Shown: positions 1 through 9,540, numbered from the stretch's first letter. The stretch: 54,971 nucleotides of DNA from Candidatus Eiseniibacteriota bacterium (GCA_043806645.1 JAZDGX010000197.1:1-54971); one strand, 5' to 3'. The notes: generated by a model not told the origin, from the sequence alone. Numbers and translations are program-made.

Positions 1-1
1 C

Positions 2-1276
2 GGCAGAATCGCCGGCGGCGCGCCGGCGAGCCGCTATCCGGCCGAGTACGACATCGTCTCCTGTCCCCACTATTACCAAACCACAAGCTATCACTGCGGA
101 CCGGCCTCGCTGCGGATGGTCTTCGACTACTGGGAGATGTCGATCGGCCAGATGATGATCGGCCGGGTTTCCAATTGCACGGATCCCTATGGCACATCTG
201 GCGACGATCTGCGGCGCGCCGGGCATTTCAGCCATCTGTCGACGGCCATCCAGGACCCCACCCTGCACGGCTACACCCAACGCCCGTATGGCTACGCGTC
301 GATGGAATGCTACTGGTCCGGGATTCACTACGACACCCGCTACAGCGACCTGAAGGAGCTCGTCTCGAGCGACGTTCCCATCCTGCCGCTGATGTGGTAC
401 AGCGCGTCCCATGCTTCCGGGCATTTTCGAGTCGTCAAGGGATACAGTGATCCCCTGGATGTCTTCATCGTGCACGACCCGTGGTTTGCGGCTCCCTACC
501 AAGGGCCCAATGTCCACTTCCAGCAGACCTTCTTCGTCGATGATCTCTGGGCGTATGCGGGCCGCTGGGCCATGACATCACAGCCTTGGGAATTCCAGCT
601 CAGCGTGCCCGACACGGTGTCGCCTGACGACCAATTCGATCTCGCCACGCTGATCACCTATCCCGGGCCGCTCCGCTTCGAGGACCAATATCCGGCGTTG
701 GCACCCGCGGCGACGATCGAGCTTTCCGGCGGATTGACCCTTGCTCCGGGAGAGACAGCGACGAAAGTCATCCCCGACCTGTATGCCTCGGGAAGCGCGG
801 GGACGGTCCAGTGGGAGCTGATTGCCCCGCCGGATTCGGGTACGGCCGTCGTGATCGTTCGCGCGACCGGCTTGATCAGCGGGAGCTCCGGATCCTATCC
901 CTACTACGAGGACGAAATCGGCGGCGTCGACACCTGCCGCATCGTGATCCGCACCGACCCGAGCGCGATTCCGGGTGATGCGGCACCTACTCCTGCGTTC
1001 ACGGTGCTCGAACCCTGCCGGCCCAATCCGTTTCTCGCGCAGACGAGCGTGCATCTGGCCTTGGCCCGGGCTGAGCACGTGCGCATCTCGGTGCATGACC
1101 CCTCGGGACGACTTGTGAATGTGTTGCTCGAAGAGGATCTGCATCCGGGATTCCATACCATCCCTTGGCCGGGTCGGGATGCGGCAGGCAACCGCGCCGG
1201 GCCGGGGGTCTACTACGTGCGCATGCAGGCGGGAGGCGTCACGCTCGGCGAGCGCACGGTCGTGCTGCTGCGATAA
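2..1276 (+). CDS. Secreted papain-like cysteine peptidase (Peptidase_C39-like domain), 5' partial, with C-terminal FlgD-Ig/T9SS-like domain
   Basis: ORF 116..1276 stays open in the same frame to the window edge (...SCPHYYQTTSYHCGPASLRMVFDYW). Catalytic-Cys context YHCGPAS and His context SGHFRVVKGYSD are typical of C39-like peptidases. It is a paralog of the gene at 18353..19615. Confidence 0.75.
   Translation, partial: GRIAGGAPASRYPAEYDIVSCPHYYQTTSYHCGPASLRMVFDYWEMSIGQMMIGRVSNCTDPYGTSGDDLRRAGHFSHLSTAIQDPTLHGYTQRPYGYASMECYWSGIHYDTRYSDLKELVSSDVPILPLMWYSASHASGHFRVVKGYSDPLDVFIVHDPWFAAPYQGPNVHFQQTFFVDDLWAYAGRWAMTSQPWEFQLSVPDTVSPDDQFDLATLITYPGPLRFEDQYPALAPAATIELSGGLTLAPGETATKVIPDLYASGSAGTVQWELIAPPDSGTAVVIVRATGLISGSSGSYPYYEDEIGGVDTCRIVIRTDPSAIPGDAAPTPAFTVLEPCRPNPFLAQTSVHLALARAEHVRISVHDPSGRLVNVLLEEDLHPGFHTIPWPGRDAAGNRAGPGVYYVRMQAGGVTLGERTVVLLR
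1001..1273 (+). other. FlgD-Ig / T9SS type-A-like C-terminal sorting domain (domain of the peptidase)
   Basis: Last ~90 aa: FTVLEPCRPNPFLAQTSVHLAL...RISVHDPSGRLVNVL...GVYYVRMQAGG...VVLLR. This is the pattern N-P-F ... beta strands ... GVY-hydrophobic-hydrophobic-R near the C terminus. Confidence 0.55.
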
Positions 1277-1376
1277 GGCCGAAGCGGCCCGTCGCGGACA
1301 CCCCTCCCCCTCACCGCTTGCCTCGCGCGCGGTGCAATGCGACGATACGCGCGGGGAGGGGGATGCCGAGCCGACC

Positions 1377-2186
1377 ATGGTGAATCTCGCCGACACGCTC
1401 TGCGCCTTTCAGCGACCTGATCTCCATCTGGCCGTGTCCCGCATCATCCAGCGGTATTCGACCAACCCGCTGGACGTCCGCGATTTCGCCTTGCAGGGCT
1501 TCGATCCATCCACGGCACGCGATGTTCTCGACCTTGGCTGCGGCTTCGGCTTCTTGACCGAGACGCTGGCCCCGCGGTTGCCCGCGGACGCCCGTGTCCT
1601 CGGCGTGGATGCCTGCGATGCCAATCGGGAGCCGTTCTTGGGGCGCTTGGCGGCCGCCGGCCGCACCGGCGAGTTCCTGACCCTGCACATCGCGCAACGG
1701 CTGCCCTGGCCCGCGGGGAGCTTCGATCTTATCGTCTGCTCCTATTCACTCTATTTCTTCCCTCAAATTCTCCGGGAGCTCCCGCGCCTGCTGCGACCGG
1801 CGGGAACGCTGCTGGTCCTCACACACTGGGCCGACTCCCTGCACAGCCTGTTCGAGATCACGGGCATCGCCGAGCGCGATGCCCTGCTTGCGGATCTGGT
1901 CGGTCGCTTCGCTGCGGAGCAGGGCGCTGCCGTCCTGCAGGATCACTTCGCCACGGTGACGCGACGCGATTACCGCAACGCCCTCCGCTTTCCGCGCGCG
2001 CAGGAGGACGATCTTCTGCTCTACATCCAGTTCAAACTCCCGCTCCTGATCCGCGGCGCCAGCCCGAGCCATGATGTCCCGGACGTGGTGCGGGATGCGG
2101 TGCGCCGCTTTCTGGACCGTCACGGCGAGGCGATCCTGGAGAAGGATGACGCCTGCTTCTACTGCCGGAGTCCGCGATGGCCTTGA
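1377..2186 (+). CDS. Class I SAM-dependent methyltransferase
   Basis: ATG at 1377 inside ORF 1119..2186. The upstream part overlaps the preceding gene and is Arg/Cys-rich junk. Motif I is VLDLGCGFGFL and post-I is VLGVD. DLIVCSYSLYFF and LRPAGTLLV are also present. Confidence 0.8.
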   Translation: MVNLADTLCAFQRPDLHLAVSRIIQRYSTNPLDVRDFALQGFDPSTARDVLDLGCGFGFLTETLAPRLPADARVLGVDACDANREPFLGRLAAAGRTGEFLTLHIAQRLPWPAGSFDLIVCSYSLYFFPQILRELPRLLRPAGTLLVLTHWADSLHSLFEITGIAERDALLADLVGRFAAEQGAAVLQDHFATVTRRDYRNALRFPRAQEDDLLLYIQFKLPLLIRGASPSHDVPDVVRDAVRRFLDRHGEAILEKDDACFYCRSPRWP

Positions 2187-2220
2187 GTCGCGAAGGGCGC
2201 TTCCCCGAAGGGAGGCCGGT

Positions 2221-3225
2221 ATGATCACCGCCCCACGGTTCTGTGCGCAGTGCAGCGCGGCCGTGGAATCCCGCCTGATCGACGGGCGCCAGCGCGAGGT
2301 CTGTCCCGCCTGCGGCACCGTTTTCTACCGCAATCCGCTTCCCGTCGCCTCGGCGCTGGTGCTCAACGATCGCCGCGAGCTGCTGCTGGTGAAGCGCTGC
2401 CACGATCCGGAGCAGGGCATGTGGTGCCTGCCGATCGGCTTCGCCGAGCAGAACGAGACCATCGCCGAGGCGGCGCTGCGCGAAATGCACGAGGAAGCGG
2501 GCATTGAAGGCCGCGTGCTGCGGCTCCTCGATGTCGATTCGTACACCAGCGACTTCTACGGGGACCTGCTGATCGTGACCTTCGAAGTCGAAAAGACGGG
2601 AGGGGCCGAGCATCCGGGCGATGATGCCGACGAGGTCGGGTACTTCCCCCTCGACGCTCTGCCCCCCTTAGCCTTCACCGCCAACGAGCGGGCCGTCGCC
2701 GCCTGCCGGCGCCTGCACGAGGAAGAATGGGCCATCCGCGACTCGTTCAAGCAACTGCAGGCCGCGGGCGAGCTGCCCCGCCTTTCCGAGACGCGCCTGC
2801 TCTCGGATGCCCTGGTGCTGCTGATCCGCGAGCGCTCCGCCGAAATCGCGGCGGCCTGGCTGGCCGACGTGCGCTCCAATCCCACCACTACCGCATATCG
2901 GAATCTCGCCGGGGAAGGCTTGCTCGAGCGCGCCGCGGTCGCGCTGCGTCAATTCGGCCGCTGGATGACCGGCGCCGAGGTCACCCAGGAAGCTCGCGAT
3001 TTCTATCGCACCCTCGGTAAGGAGCGCCGCCGGCAGGGTGTGCCGGCCCAGGAAGTGCTGAGTTCCCTCATGTTGCTCAAGAAGAACGTCTGGTCCTTCG
3101 CCCGCGACCATGGCATGTGGGAACGCGCCATCGATGTCTATCGAGTGCTCGAACTGAATCGGCGTCTGGTGCTCTTCTTCGACCGGGCGATGTATCACAT
3201 GCTGCGGGGCTACGAGGGCGACTGA
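2221..3225 (+). CDS. Zn-ribbon NUDIX hydrolase fused to a C-terminal RsbRD_N-like (stressosome sensor N-terminal) domain
   Basis: ATG at 2221 (MITAPRF...). Zn ribbon CAQC-x15-CPAC. The NUDIX box GFAEQNETIAEAALREMHEEAGI is intact (Gx5Ex7REUxEExGU). The C-terminal ~160 aa (LSDALVLLIRERSAEIAAAWLADVRSNP...YRTLGKERRRQGVPAQEVLSSLMLLKKNVWSF) resembles the RsbRD N-terminal domain. Confidence 0.75.
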   Translation: MITAPRFCAQCSAAVESRLIDGRQREVCPACGTVFYRNPLPVASALVLNDRRELLLVKRCHDPEQGMWCLPIGFAEQNETIAEAALREMHEEAGIEGRVLRLLDVDSYTSDFYGDLLIVTFEVEKTGGAEHPGDDADEVGYFPLDALPPLAFTANERAVAACRRLHEEEWAIRDSFKQLQAAGELPRLSETRLLSDALVLLIRERSAEIAAAWLADVRSNPTTTAYRNLAGEGLLERAAVALRQFGRWMTGAEVTQEARDFYRTLGKERRRQGVPAQEVLSSLMLLKKNVWSFARDHGMWERAIDVYRVLELNRRLVLFFDRAMYHMLRGYEGD

Positions 3226-3293
3226 GCGGCGCCCGAGACGGGCCCGCCGCCGCGGCCGTCCCGGGTGGAGGTGCACGACTTCGGGGGTGGGGC

Positions 3294-5144
3294 ATGAACA
3301 AGGATGGAGAGGGTCGCATGGCAACCGAACATTCGGAGCTCACGCTGCGGGCGGTGGTCTCGGGCCTGTTCGTAGGGTGCCTGATCGGGGCCTCGAACAT
3401 CTGCATCGGGCTCAAGATCGGCTGGACATTCGGCGCGTCGATCACCGCGGCGGTGATTTCGTTCGCGATCTTCCGGACGTTGGCCCATTCGCTCGTGCGA
3501 CCCTATACGGACAAGGAGAATCTCATCACCGCGACGGCGGGGTCGTCGGCAGGGACGATGGCCTCCGCGGCGGGGCTGACCTCGTCGATTCCGGCGCTCG
3601 AGTTGATCCTGCGCGAGCAGGGCCACGGCATCCTGACCTACGAGAAGCTCGTGCTGTGGGGCATCGGAATCGCATTCCTCGGCGTCTTCTTCGCGATCCC
3701 GCTGCGCCGCCAGATGATCGTCGTCGACAAACTCCGCTATCCGACCGGGACGGCCGCCGCGGAGACGATCAAGGCGATGTACGCCTCAGGCGTCGAAGCG
3801 GTGAAGAAGGCGAAGGTGCTCTTCTATGCCGCGATCTTCGCGGGAGCATGGAAGCTACTGATTTCGATCAAGCCGCTCGGGCTCGGGCCCTTCGAGGATT
3901 TCTCCTTCAACGACGTCGGACTGGCGTCGCTGGCCGTCGGCGGTCTGGGGCTGGCCGTACTCACGCTCGGCGTCAACATGTCGCCGATGATGATCGGGGC
4001 CGGTATCTTGATCGGCCCGAAGGTCGGCTGGTCGCTTTTCGGAGGGGCCATGCTGGCCTGGGGCATCCTGACGCCCATCGTGCACGCGCAGGGCATCATC
4101 GTCTACTCGGGGGGGGCAACGATCTACCGCGACGCGCTGAAATGGATCCTCTGGCCGGGAGTCGCCTGCATGGTGACGGCCGGCTTCACCAGTCTCGCTC
4201 TGCAATACAAGACCATCGCGCGCACCTTCGCCTCGCTCAGGAAGGCGACCGGGGCGGGCGGGGCCGCCGCGGCGGGCAGCGCGCCGGGAACCGCCCCCGG
4301 CGAGATCGAGGAGGATGCGCCCGACCCCTTTCCGATGAAGTGGTGGTTCGTCGGCATGATCCTCGCGACCGCGATGACCGCGACGATGGCCTACGTCTTC
4401 TTCGACATCGCGATCTGGATGGGGATTCTGGCGGTCGTCCTCTCGCTCTTCATCGCGAGTATCTCCATGCGCGCGACAGGGGAGACCGACATCAACCCCG
4501 TCGGCGCGATGGGAAAGATCACCCAAGTGGTCTACGGCGCGCTCGACCCGGGCCGCATCACGACCAATCTGATGGCGGCGGGGATCACCGCGGCCGGCGC
4601 GAGCCAGTCGGGCGACTTGATGCATGACCTGAAGGCCGGGTACCTGCTGCGCGTCTCGATCCGCAAGCAGGTGATCACGCAGCTGGTCGGGGTCGTCGTC
4701 GGCGTGTTCGTCGCCGCCGGCATCTACCGCCTCCTCACCGCCGCCTACGAGATCCCGGGCGAGACCTTCGCCGGGCCGGCGGTCGTTGCCTGGCACCTGA
4801 TGGCAAAGGTGCTGGCGGAGGGCGTTTCGTCGCTGCCGCCGAGCGCGCTCTGGGCGGCGGTCGTCGGTGCGCTCGCGGGGATCGCGATCACGCTGCTGCA
4901 CCGCGCGCGCAAGATCGCGAAGTGGTTGCCCTCGCCGGTTGCCCTCGGAATCGCCTTCGTCGTTCCGGCCTACTACTCGATCGCGATGTGGATCGGGGCG
5001 GTCGCCACGGCCTACTACAACAAGAGACACGCCGCGCGCGTAGAGGCCTACGGCCCGTCGCTGGCCTCGGGCCTGATCGCCGGCGAGGGTCTGATGATGG
5101 TCGTGATCGCGGTGCTGCTCATTCTCGGGGTGAGTTGGGTGTAA
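3294..5144 (+). CDS. OPT-family oligopeptide/metal-chelate transporter
   Basis: Polytopic membrane protein of about 616 aa. N terminus ELTLRAVVSGLFVGCLIGASNICIGLKIGWTFGASI and the later MRATGETDINPVGAMGKITQ are typical of OPT-superfamily proteins. Start chosen at ATG 3294; ATG 3318 is also possible. Confidence 0.85.
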   Translation: MNKDGEGRMATEHSELTLRAVVSGLFVGCLIGASNICIGLKIGWTFGASITAAVISFAIFRTLAHSLVRPYTDKENLITATAGSSAGTMASAAGLTSSIPALELILREQGHGILTYEKLVLWGIGIAFLGVFFAIPLRRQMIVVDKLRYPTGTAAAETIKAMYASGVEAVKKAKVLFYAAIFAGAWKLLISIKPLGLGPFEDFSFNDVGLASLAVGGLGLAVLTLGVNMSPMMIGAGILIGPKVGWSLFGGAMLAWGILTPIVHAQGIIVYSGGATIYRDALKWILWPGVACMVTAGFTSLALQYKTIARTFASLRKATGAGGAAAAGSAPGTAPGEIEEDAPDPFPMKWWFVGMILATAMTATMAYVFFDIAIWMGILAVVLSLFIASISMRATGETDINPVGAMGKITQVVYGALDPGRITTNLMAAGITAAGASQSGDLMHDLKAGYLLRVSIRKQVITQLVGVVVGVFVAAGIYRLLTAAYEIPGETFAGPAVVAWHLMAKVLAEGVSSLPPSALWAAVVGALAGIAITLLHRARKIAKWLPSPVALGIAFVVPAYYSIAMWIGAVATAYYNKRHAARVEAYGPSLASGLIAGEGLMMVVIAVLLILGVSWV

Positions 5145-5213
5145 GCGCGGGCGCGAGGGGGGCTTCGTCGGGCGAGACGGCCCGCCGGCGATCCGCGAGC
5201 AGGGGGGCGGGAC

Positions 5214-6317
5214 ATGCGCCCAAGGTGGATCGCGCTCGGGGCGGCGGTCCTTTTCTTCCTCTCCGCGGGATGCGGCGACGACGGCGCCGGGCCGGACGTG
5301 AAGGGCGCCCCTCCCGCTCCCGTGATCGATTCGGTTTTCGTCGCGGGCGATCCGATCATCCCCTTCCCCTCCGACGGCGATCTCTGGATGAGCACGTGGG
5401 CGGATGACGGCAGCCTCTACTCGAGCTGGGGGGACGGCCTCGGCGTCGCGACGCACGCGACGCGCACCGATTGCGGAATCGCGAGACTCCCCGGCTCCCT
5501 GCCGGCGATCAACGCCGAGGAGCGCGCCACGCACGTCCCGACAGCGACTCCGGAGGTGGACGACAAGCCATCCAGTCTCGTCTGTATCGCGGGCCGGCTG
5601 TACGGGTACTTCCATTCCCCGCTCGGCGACGCCTGGATCGGATACGCCGCCTGGTCGGACGATCACGGCGCCACCTGGACCCGGGTCGGCTTCTACGAGG
5701 AGGGCGAGCTGCCCCCCGCGAATGCGTCCCCTTGGACGCGCGACAACGGTTCGCGCTTCCGGTGCCTCTTCGCCATCAACATGGGGCGCGACTACGAACT
5801 CGACGCGGACGGATACCTGTACGCCCTCGGCATCGGGCGCGAGTGGGCCTGGTTCGGCGGCGTGCACCTGGCGCGCGTTCCGAGCGCCGAGATCCTGGAC
5901 TACTCGGCGTACACCTACTACGCGGGAGACCATGGAGGCCAGCCCCTGTGGTCGGCTTCGCAGGATGCTGCCGTTCCGCTTGCCGGCTTGCAGACCACGG
6001 GCCAGGGGTCCGCGATGTACCATCCGGGAATCGGCCGGTACCTCTTCCTCACGGCGCACGAGCTGTTTGAGGCGCCGGCACCGTGGGGACCGTGGACATC
6101 CGCCGGGAGATGGACGGAAGGCGCGCCGATCCAGTGGCAGGGCGGCTATCAGCCGGGGATCATCAGCAAGGACACGGGACCCGACTCGTTCTGGTTCACG
6201 ATCGCCGGCCGCGAGGCCGCGCCGATGATGACGTACCGTCTACACCTCGGGCTCATGCGCCTGCGCCTGCGAAGCGAGATGTCCCAGGCGGGAACCGCGG
6301 CGGATCGTCGAGAATGA
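5214..6317 (+). CDS. Lipoprotein, probable DUF4185/glycosidase-like beta-propeller
   Basis: Signal peptide with lipobox-like LSAGC. WMSTWADDGSLYSSWGDGLG and WSDDHGATW are BNR/propeller-like motifs. The family assignment is tentative. Confidence 0.6.
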   Translation: MRPRWIALGAAVLFFLSAGCGDDGAGPDVKGAPPAPVIDSVFVAGDPIIPFPSDGDLWMSTWADDGSLYSSWGDGLGVATHATRTDCGIARLPGSLPAINAEERATHVPTATPEVDDKPSSLVCIAGRLYGYFHSPLGDAWIGYAAWSDDHGATWTRVGFYEEGELPPANASPWTRDNGSRFRCLFAINMGRDYELDADGYLYALGIGREWAWFGGVHLARVPSAEILDYSAYTYYAGDHGGQPLWSASQDAAVPLAGLQTTGQGSAMYHPGIGRYLFLTAHELFEAPAPWGPWTSAGRWTEGAPIQWQGGYQPGIISKDTGPDSFWFTIAGREAAPMMTYRLHLGLMRLRLRSEMSQAGTAADRRE

Positions 6318-6370
6318 CCGGGATCGGCGCACTGACGGAGCGCAGAGTGCGTCAAGAGCGACGCGCGTCC

Positions 6371-6955
6371 TCAAGAGTCCGCCCCCAACCCCTGCTTGAA
6401 CACCGCCAGGTTCTTCTCCAGCAGCCGCGCCGGGATGCCCTCGCGCAGAGCGCGCTCCATGACGCCCGCGTCGACGCCGGGAATCGCCTCGATCCGTCCC
6501 AGGCGCGCGAGCAGCGCGACGTTCTGCATGCGCGGATCGGACAGACCTTCCTGGTGGACCCGCTCCAGGCTCCCCTGGCGCTCGCGAACCGCCTGCTCGA
6601 GATCCACAGCCGTGGGATACGCCGCCTTCTTCGTGCGCACGTGAATCGGCTGGTAGACCGTGTCGTAGTAAACGACCGTGCCGCCGGTCTTCAACATGCG
6701 CACCGTCGCGCGCAGCGCCTCCAGCCGCTCCAGGCCGACGATCAGGTCGGCCGCCCCGGGCACGATGCGCGGCGTGCGGGCATGCTCCCCCAGCCGCAGG
6801 TGGGAGACGACCGTGCCGTGGCGCTGCGCCAGGCCGTGGGTGTCGCAGCCGCGGACCGGATAGCCCGCCATGAGACAGGCCTGCGTGAGGACCTCCGCGA
6901 GCAGACCGATGCCCTGGCCGCCGACGCCGCAGAGATAGACATCCATCGCCTTCAT
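6371..6955 (-). CDS. iorB: Indolepyruvate:ferredoxin oxidoreductase subunit beta
   Basis: N terminus VYLCGVGGQGIGLLAEVL is typical of the 2-oxoacid:Fd oxidoreductase gamma/IorB family. ATGA overlap with the iorA stop at 6952-6955. Confidence 0.85.
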   Translation of the reverse strand: MKAMDVYLCGVGGQGIGLLAEVLTQACLMAGYPVRGCDTHGLAQRHGTVVSHLRLGEHARTPRIVPGAADLIVGLERLEALRATVRMLKTGGTVVYYDTVYQPIHVRTKKAAYPTAVDLEQAVRERQGSLERVHQEGLSDPRMQNVALLARLGRIEAIPGVDAGVMERALREGIPARLLEKNLAVFKQGLGADS

Positions 6956-8889
6956 GCCGTGCCTCCGCCGGGAGCGTCAGCCTTGGACTCGCGCGGCCGC
7001 ACGATCGCGGCCGTGGGACAGGTCTGCTGGCACGATCCGTCCCCGATGCAGAGATCCTCGTGCACCGTCACGCTGCCGTCGTCGTGGAAGACAAAGGAGG
7101 GGCAGCCGAATTCGCTCACGCAGACGTGGGAGCGGTCGCACGTCTCCTGGTCGACGACCACCTGACGGACCTTCGTGTCGGGCCGCTTGGATCGCATCTC
7201 GCGCATGAATTTCAGCATGCAGGGATGGTGCGCGATGATGACCGCGAAACCGGGATACGCCATCGCCTCGCGCAGGTGCTCCGCCAGCTTGGACTGGGTG
7301 TAGGCGTCGACATCGCGGACGAACTTCACGCCCAGCGCGGCGAACATCTCGGGCAGCGGGATCTTCTCCCCCACCTCGCCCGATCCGGGGCGCGGCTGGT
7401 GCCCGGTCATCGCCGTCGTTCCATTCTCCATCACCACCAGCGTGACGTTGTGGTTACGGACCACCGCGTTCACGATTCCCGGCAGCGCGGCGTGGAACAG
7501 CGTCGAGTCGCCCATGAAGGCGATCACCTTGCGATCGGGATTGCGCAGCGCCAGTCCCGAGGCGGTCGCCGTCGCGTGCCCCATGCAGAAGAGCACCTGG
7601 CCCATCTCGTAGGGGGGCATGTAGCCCATGGTGTGGCAGCCGATGTCGGCGACGGTGATCGTCCCCGGCGGGATCGTCGTGCGGATCGCGTGGAAGGCGG
7701 AGCGGTGGCCGCAGCCGGGACAGAGCTGCGGCAGGCGCGGGATCATCCCCGGCTCCGCCCGCGCTCCGGCGGGCTCCGCGACGGCGCCCGGCCCCGCCGC
7801 GGGAGCGAACGCGTCGGGCCAGTGCGACGCCAGGAGGCGCCAGGTGCGGTCGGGCGTGAACTCGCCCATCTGCTCCTCGGGATCCTCGCGGCAGAGGAGA
7901 CGGCACCGCGCGCCCGCGTCCCAGGCGATCGCTTTGATCTCGGTCTCCATCACGCGGTCGAGTTCCTCGACGATCCAGACCTCATCGTGCGCGGCGATGA
8001 ACTCGCGGATCCGGCGGACCGGCAGCGGATAGGTGAAGCCGAGCTTGAGCAGCGACACCGGAGCGCCCGAGGCATGCAGGTTCTCGAGCACCGCCAGCGC
8101 CGGCAGGCCGCAGGCGATCACGCCGCGCCTCCGGCCGGCGGGACCGGCGCCGTTGGGCGAGACGCTCTCCGTAAAGCGGGACCCGTTCGCATACTCCTCG
8201 AAGTCGTTCAGCTTCGCGAGGGTGCGGCGCTTCATCGGGAAGACCGTCTCGGTGATCGGGATGTAGGGCCCATTGGCCGGGTCGAAGCGGGGGGTCCAAT
8301 CCGGCTCGCCCGCGGCCCGCGGTCCGAAGCGCACCACTTCCTTGGCGTGGCAGACGTGCGTCGTCATGCGCACGAACAGCGGACGGCGTTGCTCGCGCGA
8401 CAGCCGCGCCGCCGCGAGGAACATCTCGTAGGCTTCCTGGGGCGTGGCCGGTTCGAACATCGGGATGTAGGACATCCGCGCGAAGTGCCGGTTATCCTGC
8501 TCGTTCTGCGAGGAATTCACCCCCGGGTCGTCCCCGAGGATGACGACAATGCCGCCGATCATCTCCATCAGGCCGAGCTGCACGAGCGTGTCGGACGCGA
8601 CGTTCAACCCGACCGACTTGAAGAAGGTCGTCGCAAGGTGGCCGTTCAACGAGGCGCCCGCCGCGACCTCCAGGGCGACCTTCTCGTTGGTCGAGATCTC
8701 GAAGTAGTACGGCCGCCGCGCTTCGGGCACGGCGTCGAGCGCCGCGGCGATCTCGGGAGTCGGCGAGCCCGGGTAGGTCGTCGCCACCATCACCCCCGCC
8801 TCGACCATCGCCCTCGCCAGGGCATGGTTGCCCATGATCAGCCCCGACCAGGGCTCGGCCTGCAGCAAGCGATCGGCGAAACTGGGCAT
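6952..8889 (-). CDS. iorA: Indolepyruvate:ferredoxin oxidoreductase subunit alpha
   Basis: Start ATG 8889 preceded by GGAGGGAGAGG. Motifs: GNHALARAMVEAGV..TYPGSPTPEI, TPP-binding FMGDSTLFHAALPG, and a C-terminal 4Fe-4S motif CIGDGSCQQTCPTAAI. Confidence 0.9.
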   Translation of the reverse strand: MPSFADRLLQAEPWSGLIMGNHALARAMVEAGVMVATTYPGSPTPEIAAALDAVPEARRPYYFEISTNEKVALEVAAGASLNGHLATTFFKSVGLNVASDTLVQLGLMEMIGGIVVILGDDPGVNSSQNEQDNRHFARMSYIPMFEPATPQEAYEMFLAAARLSREQRRPLFVRMTTHVCHAKEVVRFGPRAAGEPDWTPRFDPANGPYIPITETVFPMKRRTLAKLNDFEEYANGSRFTESVSPNGAGPAGRRRGVIACGLPALAVLENLHASGAPVSLLKLGFTYPLPVRRIREFIAAHDEVWIVEELDRVMETEIKAIAWDAGARCRLLCREDPEEQMGEFTPDRTWRLLASHWPDAFAPAAGPGAVAEPAGARAEPGMIPRLPQLCPGCGHRSAFHAIRTTIPPGTITVADIGCHTMGYMPPYEMGQVLFCMGHATATASGLALRNPDRKVIAFMGDSTLFHAALPGIVNAVVRNHNVTLVVMENGTTAMTGHQPRPGSGEVGEKIPLPEMFAALGVKFVRDVDAYTQSKLAEHLREAMAYPGFAVIIAHHPCMLKFMREMRSKRPDTKVRQVVVDQETCDRSHVCVSEFGCPSFVFHDDGSVTVHEDLCIGDGSCQQTCPTAAIVRPRESKADAPGGGTA

Positions 8890-9012
8890 TTCCTCTCCCT
8901 CCTGCACGGCGCGGCGCGGCGCGGCGGGGCAGCGCGACGACATTCCATCTCCTGCCTGTGCGCCGCCGGGCTGCGGAACGTTCATCGTGGACGCATCGCG
9001 CAGAACCGCCGC

Positions 9013-9468
9013 TCAATTCTCCTTCAGGATGTTCTCGTCGTATTCGACCTCGAAGCGCAGCTTGTGCCGGGCCTCTTCCTGGGCCAGCGCCAGAAGCAAC
9101 TCCCGGATTTCAGGTACCTGCACTTCCTTCGCCAGATCGGTGTAAAGCCTGTAGGAGGCCTTCTCCCGCTTCATCGCGAGGATCAGCGCGTCCTGGTATG
9201 AAATATCCGGGCCGGCATCCTCCGCCACGAGGTAGTCGCCGAGGGCCATGTTGGGAACCTTTCCCGAAACGGTCAGCTTGTTCTTGCCCCCTTTGACGCC
9301 TTGGAGTTTCGCCTTGTGTCCGCGCTCTTCACCGGCGAACTGCTTGAAGACCGCTTTCATCGCCGAAGAAGACACCCGGTCTGCCATCTTCGTGTAGAAG
9401 TCGACGGCCTCCTGCTCCTTCTCGATGGCGTAGTCGAGGATCTCTTCGATGCGGGTTCCTCCGTTCAT
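9013..9468 (-). CDS. Ferritin-like diiron protein, rubrerythrin family (erythrin-like, no rubredoxin domain)
   Basis: Start ATG 9468. Two E...ExxH pairs: EKEQEAVDFY...GEERGHKAKL and MKREKASYRLY...AQEEARHKLRFE. Confidence 0.8.
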   Translation of the reverse strand: MNGGTRIEEILDYAIEKEQEAVDFYTKMADRVSSSAMKAVFKQFAGEERGHKAKLQGVKGGKNKLTVSGKVPNMALGDYLVAEDAGPDISYQDALILAMKREKASYRLYTDLAKEVQVPEIRELLLALAQEEARHKLRFEVEYDENILKEN

Positions 9469-9540
9469 GCATGCCTCCTGCCCTGGGAACGTGGTTGCGC
9501 ACTCGCCGGTGCCGGTCGCCCCGGCGCACACGCGCGGCCC

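Noticed and set aside
3855-6059. 734-aa ORF antisense to the OPT transporter and lipoprotein genes. Similar long antisense or shadow ORFs occur at 7060..9201(+), 9671..11263(+), 13440..14882(-), 15826..17739(-), 25019..26902(+), 30346..31455(-), 31940..32848(-), 33838..35100(-), 35680..37959(-), 42403..43827(-), 43743..44954(-), 44951..45904(-), 48824..51226(-), 50811..51689(-) and 51469..53022(-).
   Set aside because: All lie opposite genes with clear motif-level homology. Their translations are Arg/Gly/Pro/Asp/His-rich low-complexity strings with no recognisable motifs. Stop-codon depletion on the antisense strand is expected at this GC content.
6329-6354. Imperfect hairpin (CGCACT...AGTGCG) between the convergent lipoprotein and iorB genes.
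   Set aside because: The stem is 6 bp with a 12-nt loop and there is no U tract. This is not distinguishable from chance in GC-rich DNA.
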